Below are positions 1-9,220 of a stretch of 31,732 nucleotides of DNA, in pieces (the first letter of the stretch is position 1; the number at the start of each line of letters is the position of its first letter). The stretch comes from Kofleriaceae bacterium (GTDB lineage: Bacteria; Myxococcota_A; Polyangia; Haliangiales; Haliangiaceae), in NCBI GenBank assembly GCA_046597055.1, contig JBKJLC010000114.1, positions 1-31,732 of the forward strand, written 5' to 3'. Made by a program: the position numbers and the translations under genes. The notes under the pieces were generated by a model. The model was not told where the DNA came from and did no database searches. It saw only the letters and a list, made by a program, of their open reading frames with translations.

Positions 1-145
1 GGACCGCGGCGTCGCCGGCGCCGGCGTCGTCGGGCGCGCGGGCGGCATCGACCGCGGCATCGCGGCGATCGGCGCCGGGCGTGGCCCCGCACCCGGCGGC
101 GACCAGCGCGGCGCAGACGACGAGGCGGGCCGGCGCGCGACGCAC
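1..145 (-). CDS. 5' end of a lipoprotein (partial, runs off window)
   Basis: Read by eye, not in ORF track. GTG at 145 gives VRRAPARLVVCAALVAAGCGATPGADRRDAAVDAA: a lipobox (AAGC) followed by a DAxxDA linker like the other lipoproteins here. Confidence 0.65.
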   Translation of the reverse strand, partial: MRRAPARLVVCAALVAAGCGATPGADRRDAAVDAARAPDDAGAGDAAV

Positions 146-290
146 GACCCGACTATCGCACACGGCCCGGGGAGGTCGGGCCGAGATCCGAGCCGCGCCG
201 CGCGGTTCCGCGTTCAGCGCAGCCGACACGCAACCGCACGAGGCATCCGGCGATAGGGCGGCGCAAGGAACAAGGAACAAGGACGAGGCC

Positions 291-1520
291 ATGAACAAGA
301 AGCTCTGGAGTGTTGTGTTGATGGGTGCCCTGACCGCGGGCATGGGCTGCACGGCGATGGAGGATGCGACCGGTGGCGGTGATGACGACACCGGGACCGA
401 CGGCGGGAGCGGCGGCGGCGGCGGCAACGGCGCCAGGACCTGCACGACCGCGCGGCTCCTCGCCGGCGACCCGCACTTCACCGGCGAGCTCGATCGCGCG
501 ATGTGGAACCCGGCCGGCCACGGCATGTACGCGACGCCGCCGATGTACTCGCACAGCCTCGCCGGCCGCGGCAACAACCTCCTGGTCGGGACCGGCGCGG
601 CATTGTGGCTCGCCGACCTTTCGGCCGCCACGCCGAGCTTCAAGCGGGTCGCCGGCGACGACGCGCTCGATCCCGGCGAGTACAAGCCCTCGGGCACCTG
701 CGCGGCAGCCCGGCTGATGGCCGGCCTCGGCGTCACCTACCTGACCGACGGCCGCGCCGTGGTCGGCGACTTCCGCGGCAACGGCGTGTTCGAGCTGTCC
801 GACGTCACCAGCCCGAGCTGCATGGCGCGCCCAGTGGCCGGCACCGCGGTCAATGTCACCAACAACCAGCTCGACCGTGATCGGTTGTTCCAGGCCGGTG
901 ATGTCGATGGCCCCGGCGCACAGGCCCGCTTCCGCCAGGCGACCCTGCCGACCGCCGATGGCGCCGGCAACGTCTACGTCGTCGACGCGGGCAACCACAA
1001 GATCAAGAAGATCGCGGGCGATGCCGTGCGGACGGTGACCACGATCACCGACCTCTCCAGCCTGACCCCCACCGTCCACGCCATGACCGTGCTGGGCGGC
1101 AAGCTGTACGTGGCCGCCAACGGCACCGGTGGCGCCCTGCTGCTCGAGATCGACCTCGCGAACCCGGCCACGCCGCGCAAGGTGCTCGAGGGCAGCGCGT
1201 TCGCTGACCAGGTCAGCTCCACCGCCATCCCGAGCGGGATCACGAACGACGGTCGCGACCTGATCGTTTACCTCTGGCAGGGCTTCATCTACCGGGTCAC
1301 CACCGGCGGCGAGGTGACGCTGATCGCCGGCGACGGCCGCGGCACCCGGAGCCAGTACGACACCGACCAGCGCTTCGACGCGATCCCGGCCGCCGAGCTG
1401 CTCCTGGCGCCGCTGAGCATGACCAGCGGCTCCAGCGACGTGGTCTGGAACAACGGCCACCTCTACGTGTCCTCGTATTACGGCGGACCGTCGATCTGGG
1501 ACATCACCTGCCCGCAGTGA
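291..1520 (+). CDS. Lipoprotein with NHL-like/beta-propeller repeats
   Basis: ATG 291 after purine-rich RBS. Signal MNKKLWSVVLMGALTAGMGC, Gly/Asp linker, NHL-type motif DGPGAQARF...DGAGNVYVVDAGNHKIKKI. Confidence 0.85.
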   Translation: MNKKLWSVVLMGALTAGMGCTAMEDATGGGDDDTGTDGGSGGGGGNGARTCTTARLLAGDPHFTGELDRAMWNPAGHGMYATPPMYSHSLAGRGNNLLVGTGAALWLADLSAATPSFKRVAGDDALDPGEYKPSGTCAAARLMAGLGVTYLTDGRAVVGDFRGNGVFELSDVTSPSCMARPVAGTAVNVTNNQLDRDRLFQAGDVDGPGAQARFRQATLPTADGAGNVYVVDAGNHKIKKIAGDAVRTVTTITDLSSLTPTVHAMTVLGGKLYVAANGTGGALLLEIDLANPATPRKVLEGSAFADQVSSTAIPSGITNDGRDLIVYLWQGFIYRVTTGGEVTLIAGDGRGTRSQYDTDQRFDAIPAAELLLAPLSMTSGSSDVVWNNGHLYVSSYYGGPSIWDITCPQ

Positions 1521-1529
1521 CGAGTCCAA

Positions 1530-1551
1530 GCGGCGGCGCCAGCGCCGCCGC
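1530..1551 (+). terminator. GC-rich hairpin after the 291-1520 gene
   Basis: GCGGCGGCGC-CA-GCGCCGCCGC inverted repeat 9 nt after the stop. No U-tract. Confidence 0.4.
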
Positions 1552-1619
1552 ACCCGGGTTTCGCGAGATCTGACCGACGCCGCTTGCAGGCCGGCCCGGC
1601 GCGACTAGGCTACCGGCAC

Positions 1620-4310
1620 ATGCTGTCTCGCCACGCTGTCCTCCCCCTCGTCCTGGTGGGGTCGATGGCGAGCGCGGGTCGGGTGCAGGCGCAGGACGTG
1701 CGGCGCGACGCGCCGCCGCCGCCGGCCAAGGCCCCGGTGGTGACCAAGGCGCCGGTGCTCCTGCAGGCGGTCGCCCCCGAGTACCCGCCGGCCGCGCTGG
1801 CCGCCGGCCAGCAGGCGCAGGTGCCGGTGCGCATCTTCATCGATGCCACCGGCGTGGTCATCAAGGTCGACGTGGTGACGGCGCAGGGGCAAGGCTTCGA
1901 CCAGGCCGCGATCGCCGCGGCCATGCAGTACGTCTTCGACCCGGCCGAGATCGACGGGGTGCCCGCGCCGATCACGGTCGAGACCGTGATCCACTTCGTG
2001 ATCGAGCAGCAGGCGGTCGAGCCACCGCCGCTCTTGCCCGCGGCGCCGCGCGACCCCGAGCCCGCCGCCCAGGGCCCGGCTTCCCACGGCGGCGACGTCC
2101 GCAAGCCGGTCAGCCTCGAGGGCGAGCTGGTCGAGCGCGGCACCCGCCGCCAGCTCGCGGGCGTGATCGTCTCGATCACCGAGCTCGGCCTCGACGCGAT
2201 CACCGACCGCGACGGGCACTTCTGGTTCCACGGCGTGCCGGCCGGGCCGTACACGCTGGCCGCGGTCGGCGACAAGCACGACCGGCTGGAGCGCGCGATC
2301 GCGATCGCGGCCAAGGAGACCGTCGAGGTCCGGCTGTGGATGCGGCCGCGCGGCGGCAGCATCTACCAGACCGTGGTCGAGGGCGAGCGCGAGGTCCTCG
2401 AGGTCACCCGGCGCACGCTGCAGCGCCAGCAGCTGACCTCGGTGCCTGGCACGTTCGGCGATCCCATCCGCGTGATCCAGACCCTGCCCGGCCTGGCCCG
2501 CACCCCGTTCGGGCTCGGCTTCCTGGTGATCCGCGGCTCCAACCCCGACGACACCGCGGTCTACATCGACGGCCACGAGGTGCCGCAGCTGTTCCACTTC
2601 CTGGGCGGGCCGTCGATCTTCAACGCCGAGTTCCTCGAGAGCATCGACCTCTATCCCGGCGGCTACCCGGCGCGGTTCGGCCGCTCGCACGGCGGCGTGG
2701 TCTCGGTCGAGACCCGGGCCACCAAGAGCGACGGCGTCCACGGCTCGGCCGACGTCGACCTGCTCGATGCCGGCGGCTACCTGCGCGCGCCGGTGACCAA
2801 GCGAGCCTCGATCGCGATCGCCGGGCGTCGCTCGTACGTCGACGCGCTGCTGCCGCTGGTCTTGCCCGCGCCGTCACCGGGCTCGACCCGGGTGGTGGTG
2901 CCGGTCTACTGGGACGGCCAAGCCCGCGCCGACTGGGACCTGGGCGCCGAGGGCAAGCTGAGCGTGTTCGCGCTGCACTCGACCGACACGCTCGACGTGC
3001 TGCAGGCCGACGAGGACGAGGAGGAGTCGCTCGACCTCAACACCTCGGTGACCTTCTCGCGGGTGATCGGCCGCTACCAGCGCCGGCTCGCCGGCGACTT
3101 CGAGCTCACCCTGTCGCCGGCGTGGGGCCGCGACACGCTGTCATTCGCCGCCAACACCGCGGGCGCGACCGGCCCGTTCACCGGGGCCGAGATCAACAAC
3201 GACGTCCTCTCGTACCGGATGCGGGTCAAGGGCCCGCTGGCGAAGACGCTGCTGCTCGACACCGGCCTCGACATCGAGTCGCGGATCACCTCGTTCGACG
3301 CGCTGGCGCCCGACGACAGCGGCATCCGCGAGGGCGACAACATCGACATCGATCCCAGCCGGCTGTTCCGCACCACCGAGCAGCTGTCGCTGGGCGTGCA
3401 CGCCGACCTGGCCTGGGACGTCACGCCGAAGCTGCGGCTCCTGCCCGGCGTGCGGGTCGACGCGCACGCGATCTCGGGCCAGGCCTGGGTCGACGCCGAC
3501 CTGCGGCTGACCTCGCGCTGGCAGGTCGCGCCGACCTTCACCGCCAAGGGCTACCTCGGCTCGTTCCATCAACCGCCGCAACCGGAGTCGGTCGACGCTC
3601 GGTTTGGCAACCCCGACGTGCGCTCGGAGTGGGCGATCCACACCGGCATCGGCGGCGAGTGGAAGCCCGACCGGCTGTGGCTGATCGACGGCGAGCTCTA
3701 CTTCATCGAGCGGCGGGAGCTGGTCGTGTTCGACGACGGCGGGGAGCTCGAGGAGGACGGCTCGCAGGTCGACGCCTCGACCTTCACCAACAGCGGCAGC
3801 GGCCGCGGCTTCGGCTTCGAGGGCATGATCAAGCGCGAGATCAGCGAGCGCGTGTACGGCTGGCTGTCGTACACGTACTCGAACAGCACCCGGCGCTCGG
3901 GACCGACCTCGCGCGCGACCAAGACCGCGTTCGACCAGCCGCAGAACCTCAACGCGGTGCTGAGCTGGAAGCCGGGCGGGGGCTGGGAGCTCGGCGGCCG
4001 GCTGCGCCTGAGCTCGGGCCGGCCCGACACCCCCTACACCGGCGCGACCTACGATGCCGACAGCGGCGGCTACCGGCCCGAGAGCGGCGGCTTCCGCACC
4101 ACCCGGCGCGAGCTGTTCCACCAGGTCGACGTCCGGGTCGAGAAGACCTGGCTGTTCCAGCTGTGGAGCATGGGCCTCTACCTCGACATCCAGAACCTGT
4201 TCAACGTCGACAACGTGGAGGCGATCCAGTGGGACTACCGCTATCGCGAGTCGGCCCCGGTGACCGGCATTCCGTTCCTGCCCACGATCGGCGTCCGGGG
4301 GCAGTGGTGA
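1620..4310 (+). CDS. TonB-dependent receptor with N-terminal TonB C-terminal domain and carboxypeptidase-regulatory-like domain
   Basis: Signal peptide; PEYPPAA...V.VRIFIDATG.V...FDQAA..A..QY.F.PA (TonB_C); plug motif PGTFGDPIRVIQTLPG...IRGS...YIDG; barrel ending LPTIGVRGQW. Confidence 0.92.
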   Translation: MLSRHAVLPLVLVGSMASAGRVQAQDVRRDAPPPPAKAPVVTKAPVLLQAVAPEYPPAALAAGQQAQVPVRIFIDATGVVIKVDVVTAQGQGFDQAAIAAAMQYVFDPAEIDGVPAPITVETVIHFVIEQQAVEPPPLLPAAPRDPEPAAQGPASHGGDVRKPVSLEGELVERGTRRQLAGVIVSITELGLDAITDRDGHFWFHGVPAGPYTLAAVGDKHDRLERAIAIAAKETVEVRLWMRPRGGSIYQTVVEGEREVLEVTRRTLQRQQLTSVPGTFGDPIRVIQTLPGLARTPFGLGFLVIRGSNPDDTAVYIDGHEVPQLFHFLGGPSIFNAEFLESIDLYPGGYPARFGRSHGGVVSVETRATKSDGVHGSADVDLLDAGGYLRAPVTKRASIAIAGRRSYVDALLPLVLPAPSPGSTRVVVPVYWDGQARADWDLGAEGKLSVFALHSTDTLDVLQADEDEEESLDLNTSVTFSRVIGRYQRRLAGDFELTLSPAWGRDTLSFAANTAGATGPFTGAEINNDVLSYRMRVKGPLAKTLLLDTGLDIESRITSFDALAPDDSGIREGDNIDIDPSRLFRTTEQLSLGVHADLAWDVTPKLRLLPGVRVDAHAISGQAWVDADLRLTSRWQVAPTFTAKGYLGSFHQPPQPESVDARFGNPDVRSEWAIHTGIGGEWKPDRLWLIDGELYFIERRELVVFDDGGELEEDGSQVDASTFTNSGSGRGFGFEGMIKREISERVYGWLSYTYSNSTRRSGPTSRATKTAFDQPQNLNAVLSWKPGGGWELGGRLRLSSGRPDTPYTGATYDADSGGYRPESGGFRTTRRELFHQVDVRVEKTWLFQLWSMGLYLDIQNLFNVDNVEAIQWDYRYRESAPVTGIPFLPTIGVRGQW

Positions 4311-5278
4311 CCGCGCGGCGCGTGATCGCCGCCGGGCTCGCGCTGGCGGCGGCGTGCGGCAGCTTCGAGAACCCGTCGATCGTGATCGACCTGCGGATGA
4401 TCGCGATGACCGCGGAGCCGCCCGAACAGGTGGTGCCGTTCGATCCCTCGAACCCGCTCGCGGTGGCGTTCGACCCGGTCGAGGTGTGCGCGCTGGTCGC
4501 CGATCCGGAGGCCGACCGCGAGCTGGCCTGGACGATGACGGCGTGTTCGCCGCGCGGCGACCGCCGCTGCGACGAACCGGGCGCGGCGATGGTCGCGATG
4601 GGCGCCGGCGTGATCGGCGATCCCGACACCGCGTCGGGCCCGCAGGTGGCGTGCGCGGTCCTGCCGGCCGGGGCCGGGCTGCTCGCGGTGCTGCGCGAGA
4701 CCATCGAGAACGACGACCTGTCCGGGTTTGGTGGCGTCGACATCAACGTCGGCCTCCGGGTGGTGCCGGTCGGCGACGGCGAGGCCAGCGCGATCTACGG
4801 CGCCAAGGCGGTGCGGTTCTCGCCGCTCCTGCCTGCCGAGCGGGTCGCCAACACCAACCCGACCCTCGAGCGCATCGAGCTCGACCGCGGCGACGGCGTG
4901 ATGACCGATCTGCCGCTCGGCCGGTGCGCCGACCAGGCCGCGCCGATCACGGTCGCGCCGCTGCAGTCGATCGAGCTGCTGCCGGTCGAGCCGCCGGGCG
5001 CACGCGAGGCCTACGTGGTGCCGACCTTCGAGGGCGGCACCCGGCAGTTCACCGAGAACCTGAGCTACCAGTGGCTGGCCGGCGCGGGCGACTGGACCCG
5101 CGGCTCGACCGGCGGCAGCCGCGATGGCGCCGGCAACCAGCCCCCGCTCGACACCGCCTGGGAGGCGCCCAAGGCCGCCGACGTCGGCGCCGGCCGGCTG
5201 GTGCCCCTCTGGGTCATCCAGCGCGACGAGCGCGGCGGCAGCCGCTGGTTCGAGAGCTGCGTGCGGGTCGCGCCGTAG
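4307..5278 (+). CDS. Lipoprotein coupled to the TonB-dependent receptor
   Basis: GTG overlaps the receptor TGA (GTGA). VTARRVIAAGLALAAAC lipobox; DLRMIAM.AEPPE and W.IQRDERGG..W motifs. Confidence 0.85.
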   Translation: MTARRVIAAGLALAAACGSFENPSIVIDLRMIAMTAEPPEQVVPFDPSNPLAVAFDPVEVCALVADPEADRELAWTMTACSPRGDRRCDEPGAAMVAMGAGVIGDPDTASGPQVACAVLPAGAGLLAVLRETIENDDLSGFGGVDINVGLRVVPVGDGEASAIYGAKAVRFSPLLPAERVANTNPTLERIELDRGDGVMTDLPLGRCADQAAPITVAPLQSIELLPVEPPGAREAYVVPTFEGGTRQFTENLSYQWLAGAGDWTRGSTGGSRDGAGNQPPLDTAWEAPKAADVGAGRLVPLWVIQRDERGGSRWFESCVRVAP

Positions 5279-5312
5279 GGCCGGTCGCCGGCATCCGATG
5301 TAGGCTCCCGGC

Positions 5313-6053
5313 ATGGCGCGCGAGCGGCTGGGCGAGGTCACCGTTCCGTCCGGGATCCTGACGCTGCTGGATCCGGGGCACATCGGGGTCTACGGGTCCG
5401 TCATGCGCGACGTGCCGGCGGTGCGGATCGACGGGGTGCCGCGCGATCGGGTGCTGGCGATCGTCGGCGAGCGGATGGTCGACGGCGACTGGGTCGGCTG
5501 CTGGGACTGGGTCGCGATCGAGGTCGCCGCCGGCGAGATCGTGCACGCCGAGCCGCACGGCCAGATCGTCGTGGACTATGCGCGGGTGCTGGTCGCCGAC
5601 GACGGCAACGCCGACGCCTGGGTCCATGACGACAGCTTCGATGGCCGGGCCGACTTCGTGTTCTGGGGCCGCGACGCGGCCGCGCTGGCCGCGGCGGTCG
5701 ACGCGCCGGCGCTCGCCGACGGGACCTTCGGCTGGAAGGACTTGCCGATCGAGGAGATCGTCGCGCGCGGCGAGGCGGCCGAGGCGCTCAAGGCCGAACG
5801 AGGCTGGAAGCTGGCGACCGACTTCCGTCCGCACTCGCACCACTGGCAGGCGCTCGAGAGCGTGCGCGCCTCGACCACCGAGTCGGCGACCATCGACGTC
5901 GACGGCCGCCAGGTGTGCCTGCTCATGACGAGCTGGGGTGACGGCGTGTTCCCGGTGTTCTGCGACCGCGACGCCGACGACCGCCTGCTGCGCGTGCGCG
6001 TGCAGTTCCACACCGCCGAGAGCGACGCCGCGATGGCCGCGGTCAATCCGTAG
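5313..6053 (+). CDS. Hypothetical protein, DUF4241-like
   Basis: 246-aa ORF with GC-type codon usage. The C-terminal TSWGDGVFPV motif resembles the DUF4241 GWGDG.YP motif. TAGGCT lies 6 nt before the ATG. Confidence 0.75.
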   Translation: MARERLGEVTVPSGILTLLDPGHIGVYGSVMRDVPAVRIDGVPRDRVLAIVGERMVDGDWVGCWDWVAIEVAAGEIVHAEPHGQIVVDYARVLVADDGNADAWVHDDSFDGRADFVFWGRDAAALAAAVDAPALADGTFGWKDLPIEEIVARGEAAEALKAERGWKLATDFRPHSHHWQALESVRASTTESATIDVDGRQVCLLMTSWGDGVFPVFCDRDADDRLLRVRVQFHTAESDAAMAAVNP

Positions 6054-6109
6054 CGGGCAACCCGCGCATCCCGACGCGAGGGCGTCCTCAGGATCCCGCA
6101 CATGTTCTT

Positions 6110-6346
6110 CCGGTGTCCCTGAGCGAAGGCTCGCACAGCGAGCCGAAGTCGAAGGGCGGCCCGTCGAAGATCGCGTGCTGCACCCTGCGCGTCTGGCCTC
6201 TGGCCGTTCGACACGGCGCCTGCGGCGCCGGCTCAGGGCCACCGGGAAAGGCAATTTTCGGTCACCTGGCGAGTTGTGATCAATGCCGAGGGGCGTCCTT
6301 CGACACCGAGCTCGCGGTCGCTCGCTCGGGCTCAGGACGAACGGGG
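6110..6346. repeat. Cluster of three REP-like palindromic units
   Basis: CCTGAGC-hairpin-GTCGAAGGGC (6110-6157) is inverted relative to TTCGAC-hairpin-GCTCAGG units at 6203-6245 and 6295-6346. The cluster lies between convergent genes. Confidence 0.8.
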
Positions 6347-6366
6347 TCGTGCTCGCGCGGGCTGCG

Positions 6367-6822
6367 TCAATCGCAGGTGTCGCAGCGGCCGCGGACCTGG
6401 ACCTCGACCTGCTTCTGCGTGACCGCGCGCGGCGGCGCCGGGCCGCCGACGCCGGCGGAGGTGCCGGGCTTGCCGACCGCGAGATCGACGTCGGGCAGGC
6501 ACGCGACCACGCCGCACTCGGTGCACACGAAGTGGGCGTGCCGCTCGACGGCGTGGGCGGCGTCGACCGCCTCGAACCGCCAGACGTGATCGCCGATGTC
6601 GGAGCGGCGGGCCAGGCCGGCGTCGGCGAGGTCGGTCAGGTTGCGATAGATGGTCGCCCGGTCCCAGCGCTGGCCGCGCAGGCGGTCGGCGGCCTCGGCG
6701 TGGGACAGCGGCCCGGCGGTGCGGCGGAGCAGGCCGAGCACCGCGATCCGCGACGGGGTCGCGCGCAGCCCCGCGTCGCGCAGGACCGCGCGCAGCGCGT
6801 CGTCGTCACGGCCGGCAACCAC
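6367..6822 (-). CDS. Fur-family metal-responsive transcriptional regulator
   Basis: LR..GLR.TP.R, ATIYRNL, HAHFVCTECG and C-terminal GRCDTC motifs. Subfamily (Zur/Fur/Nur/PerR) not resolved. Confidence 0.93.
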   Translation of the reverse strand: MVAGRDDDALRAVLRDAGLRATPSRIAVLGLLRRTAGPLSHAEAADRLRGQRWDRATIYRNLTDLADAGLARRSDIGDHVWRFEAVDAAHAVERHAHFVCTECGVVACLPDVDLAVGKPGTSAGVGGPAPPRAVTQKQVEVQVRGRCDTCD

Positions 6823-6828
6823 GCCGCC

Positions 6829-6902
6829 AGTCTACGTGCGGTCGCATCGGGTCGCAACGCTGATGCAATCGAGGTGCAACTGGGAAAGAGCCGTGGTAGG
6901 CC
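6829..6902. promoter_or_regulatory. Divergent promoters with overlapping candidate Fur-family operator
   Basis: Minus strand: TTGCGA-17-TAGACT, 6 nt before the GTG at 6822. Plus strand: GTGCAA-17-TAGGCC. TGCA-N7-TGCA dyad at 6864-6878. Confidence 0.5.
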
Positions 6903-6912
6903 TCGATTCCGC

Positions 6913-8100
6913 ATGGGCCTGGCGCTGTTGACCGCCGTGACGTCCGTGGTTGCCGGCCTGATCGCGGCGATCGCGGCCCACGCGCGGCTGTGGGTGCTGG
7001 CGCCGGTCCGCGCGTTCGCGGTGGTCGCGGTCGCCGCGGCCATCACCGTCCACCTGCTGCCCGAGGCGATCGACGGCGCGGGCTGGTGGGTGCTGGTCCC
7101 GCTGGTCGCCGGCTTCTACGCGCCGCTCCTGATCAGCCGGGCCGCCCGGGCCATCGAGACCCATCGCCGGGTCGCGGCCGAGCTCGGCTACGCCGGGGTG
7201 CTCGTCCACCAGTTCGGCGACGGGCTCGGCCTGGGCGCGGTCACCAGCGCCGCCCACCGCGGCCACACCCACTGGGACTTCCTGCTCGGCGTCGGCGCTC
7301 ACACCGTGCCCCTGGTCGCGGTGGTCGCGCTGAGCTTCGCCGAGCTGGGCGGACGGCGCGCTGCCATCCTGCGCGCCTGCGGCCTGCTGGCCGCGACCGT
7401 GGCCGGCATCGCGCTGACCCGCGCCGACGAGTCGATGATGAGCGCGGCCGGGCCCTGGATCAACGCGGCGGTGTCGGGCCTGCTGTTCCACGTCCTCCTC
7501 CACGATGCCGACGATCGCGACGTGCCCGCCGCCGCCCGCCCGCTCGAGGCGCTCGGCGCGGCGCTCGGCGTGGTGTTGCCGTTCGCGTTCGCGGCCCACG
7601 ATCACGGCGAGCACGCGGGCGTCACGGCCGAGATCGGCCACGACCTGCTCGAGGTGGGGCTCGCGCTCGCGCCGGTGGTCGTGCTGGCCGGCGCGCTCGC
7701 GATCGCGCTGGCGCCGTCGCTGCGCCGGTCGCCGCGGACGCTGCCGCTGGCCCTCGCCGGCCCACTCACCGTGCTCGGCCTGATCGCGATCGCCTACGGG
7801 ATCGCGGCTTGGCGCAGCGCCGGCGTCAACGGTGCCCTGGCGGCCCGGCTCGGCGCGCTCGCCGAGCTGGTGCCACCCGCGGTGCAGATCGGCGCGGCCG
7901 CGCTGCTCGGGATCGCGATCCTGGCGCGGATCGCCACTGGCGGCTTCATGGCCTGGCTCGGGGCCGGACGGCGCGGCCACGGGCACGGCCCGCTGCCGGG
8001 GGATGATCACGATCACGGCCAGCCGCCGGAGCACCACGGCCCGCACGTCCCGGCGACTCCGCCGGTCGCCTCCGCACCGCGTTCGAAGCCACCGAGATGA
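6913..8100 (+). CDS. ZIP-like divalent metal transporter, His-rich
   Basis: Multiple TM helices; HLLPEA, HQFGDG and AHTVP motifs (ZIP TM2/TM4/TM5-like); His-rich loops and C-terminal tail. Confidence 0.8.
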   Translation: MGLALLTAVTSVVAGLIAAIAAHARLWVLAPVRAFAVVAVAAAITVHLLPEAIDGAGWWVLVPLVAGFYAPLLISRAARAIETHRRVAAELGYAGVLVHQFGDGLGLGAVTSAAHRGHTHWDFLLGVGAHTVPLVAVVALSFAELGGRRAAILRACGLLAATVAGIALTRADESMMSAAGPWINAAVSGLLFHVLLHDADDRDVPAAARPLEALGAALGVVLPFAFAAHDHGEHAGVTAEIGHDLLEVGLALAPVVVLAGALAIALAPSLRRSPRTLPLALAGPLTVLGLIAIAYGIAAWRSAGVNGALAARLGALAELVPPAVQIGAAALLGIAILARIATGGFMAWLGAGRRGHGHGPLPGDDHDHGQPPEHHGPHVPATPPVASAPRSKPPR

Positions 8101-8373
8101 TCGCGCGCGCCGTGCGGGCGCGCGCCGGGTTGCCACTCGGCGGATGACAGGCAGTAACTTGCCCGGTCGTCTGATCTCGCGTGGAGAGCATCGCCGGTGA
8201 GGTATTTGCTGCCCTCATGGCTGCCACGAAGCTACGCGGCCTCCTCAATGCAGCGCTCGTTTCCGCGCTCGTCGCGCAAAACTGCACGAGGATCGCGCAT
8301 CGGCGCTCGCGGTCCGATGCCTGATACACCTTGCGGAACAGCGGCCCGTCTTCGCGCAGCTCGGCCTCGATGA

Positions 8374-8516
8374 GCCGCGCCGGCAGCCCAGTCTCAGTTC
8401 GGCGTGCAGGTTGCGCTCTACCGCGGCACGCCCATCGTCAGCGAGTCGCTGAACGGTCTCACCAGCAATTGGGCGGCGGGCCGCGCGGCGTGCGTGTTCG
8501 ATCGTGATAGCGCGGG
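8374..8516 (+). pseudogene. FG-GAP repeat fragment
   Basis: SQFGVQVALYRGTPIVS...GRAACVFDR resembles FG.SVA..G.T.VVGA...GAAYVF.R. In-frame TGA immediately upstream; ends at a REP-like copy. Confidence 0.45.
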
Positions 8517-8547
8517 CCCTGGCAACGCAAAGCGTGTCGAACGGCAG
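8515..8547. repeat. Degenerate REP-like unit
   Basis: GGCCCTG...ACGC-AAA-GCGT-GTCGAACGGCAG. The 15 nt at 8533-8547 are identical to 31710-31724. Confidence 0.55.
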
Positions 8548-8660
8548 CTGACGCGTGTGGCCGCCGGCAACCATCGGCGCCATGGTACCGCGACTGCCAA
8601 CTGCGCTTGATTCCGGGCCTTGCCACCGGTCTAGCTAGAAGCTGCATGAGCCCAGCCAGC

Positions 8661-8827
8661 ATGTGGCAAGCGCATCGTTTCGTTGCTTCGGTGTCGCTCC
8701 TGGTTTGTGCAGCCGCGCTGCTGGCGTGCACGGCGGACGAAGGCGCCGATGAGCCCGAGCTGGCGGACCTCGCCGGTCTGACGTTAGCGGCGCGAATGCA
8801 CGCCCGGCCCACGTGGGGCGTCGGCCG
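8661..8827 (+). pseudogene. Lipoprotein N-terminal fragment
   Basis: MWQAHRFVASVSLLVCAAALLAC signal/lipobox plus an acidic linker. The frame then runs antisense into the 8828-9220 gene. Confidence 0.35.
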
Positions 8828-9220
8828 TCAGGGCGCCTTGGGGGCCAGCGTCGACGAGTTCGTCACGAAGATCGTCGTGCACGCGCCCGTCGCGTCCCAG
8901 CGGAACTGCACGAACGAGTCGTTGTGGATCGCGAGGCTCACCTGGACCAGATTGGGATCCTGGCTCGCGCACTGCGCCGAGACGCCGGCTGCGTTGGACG
9001 CGGCGCACGACACCTGGTTGCGGCGGTTCACGGCGTCGTAGAACGTCGAGCAGCCGATGCTCTGGACGGTGTCGGGGCTGTTGCGCGCCGACGCCAGTGA
9101 CCCGTACGCCATCCGGTTCGGAAGATCGACAACGACCGGCCAGGCGTCCTTGCGGCCGGCAGCGGCGGAGGCAGTGAGCGCGACGAGGATGGCGACGACG
9201 GCAAGCGAGAGATTCTTCAT
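8828..9220 (-). CDS. Small secreted Cys-containing hypothetical protein
   Basis: MKNLSLAVVAILVALTASAAA signal peptide; 4 Cys; 130 aa with normal codon usage. Confidence 0.85.
   Translation of the reverse strand: MKNLSLAVVAILVALTASAAAGRKDAWPVVVDLPNRMAYGSLASARNSPDTVQSIGCSTFYDAVNRRNQVSCAASNAAGVSAQCASQDPNLVQVSLAIHNDSFVQFRWDATGACTTIFVTNSSTLAPKAP

Noticed and set aside
2336..4306. Long N-terminal extensions in the ORF track (also 6283, 14605, 14729, 15712, 21079 starts)
   Set aside because: They overlap real upstream genes in another frame. Internal starts with signal peptides, RBS or -10 boxes fit better.
8607..9041. Full-length 144-aa plus-strand gene
   Set aside because: Its 3' half is antisense to the better-supported 8828-9220 gene. 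Only the signal-like start is kept, as a fragment.
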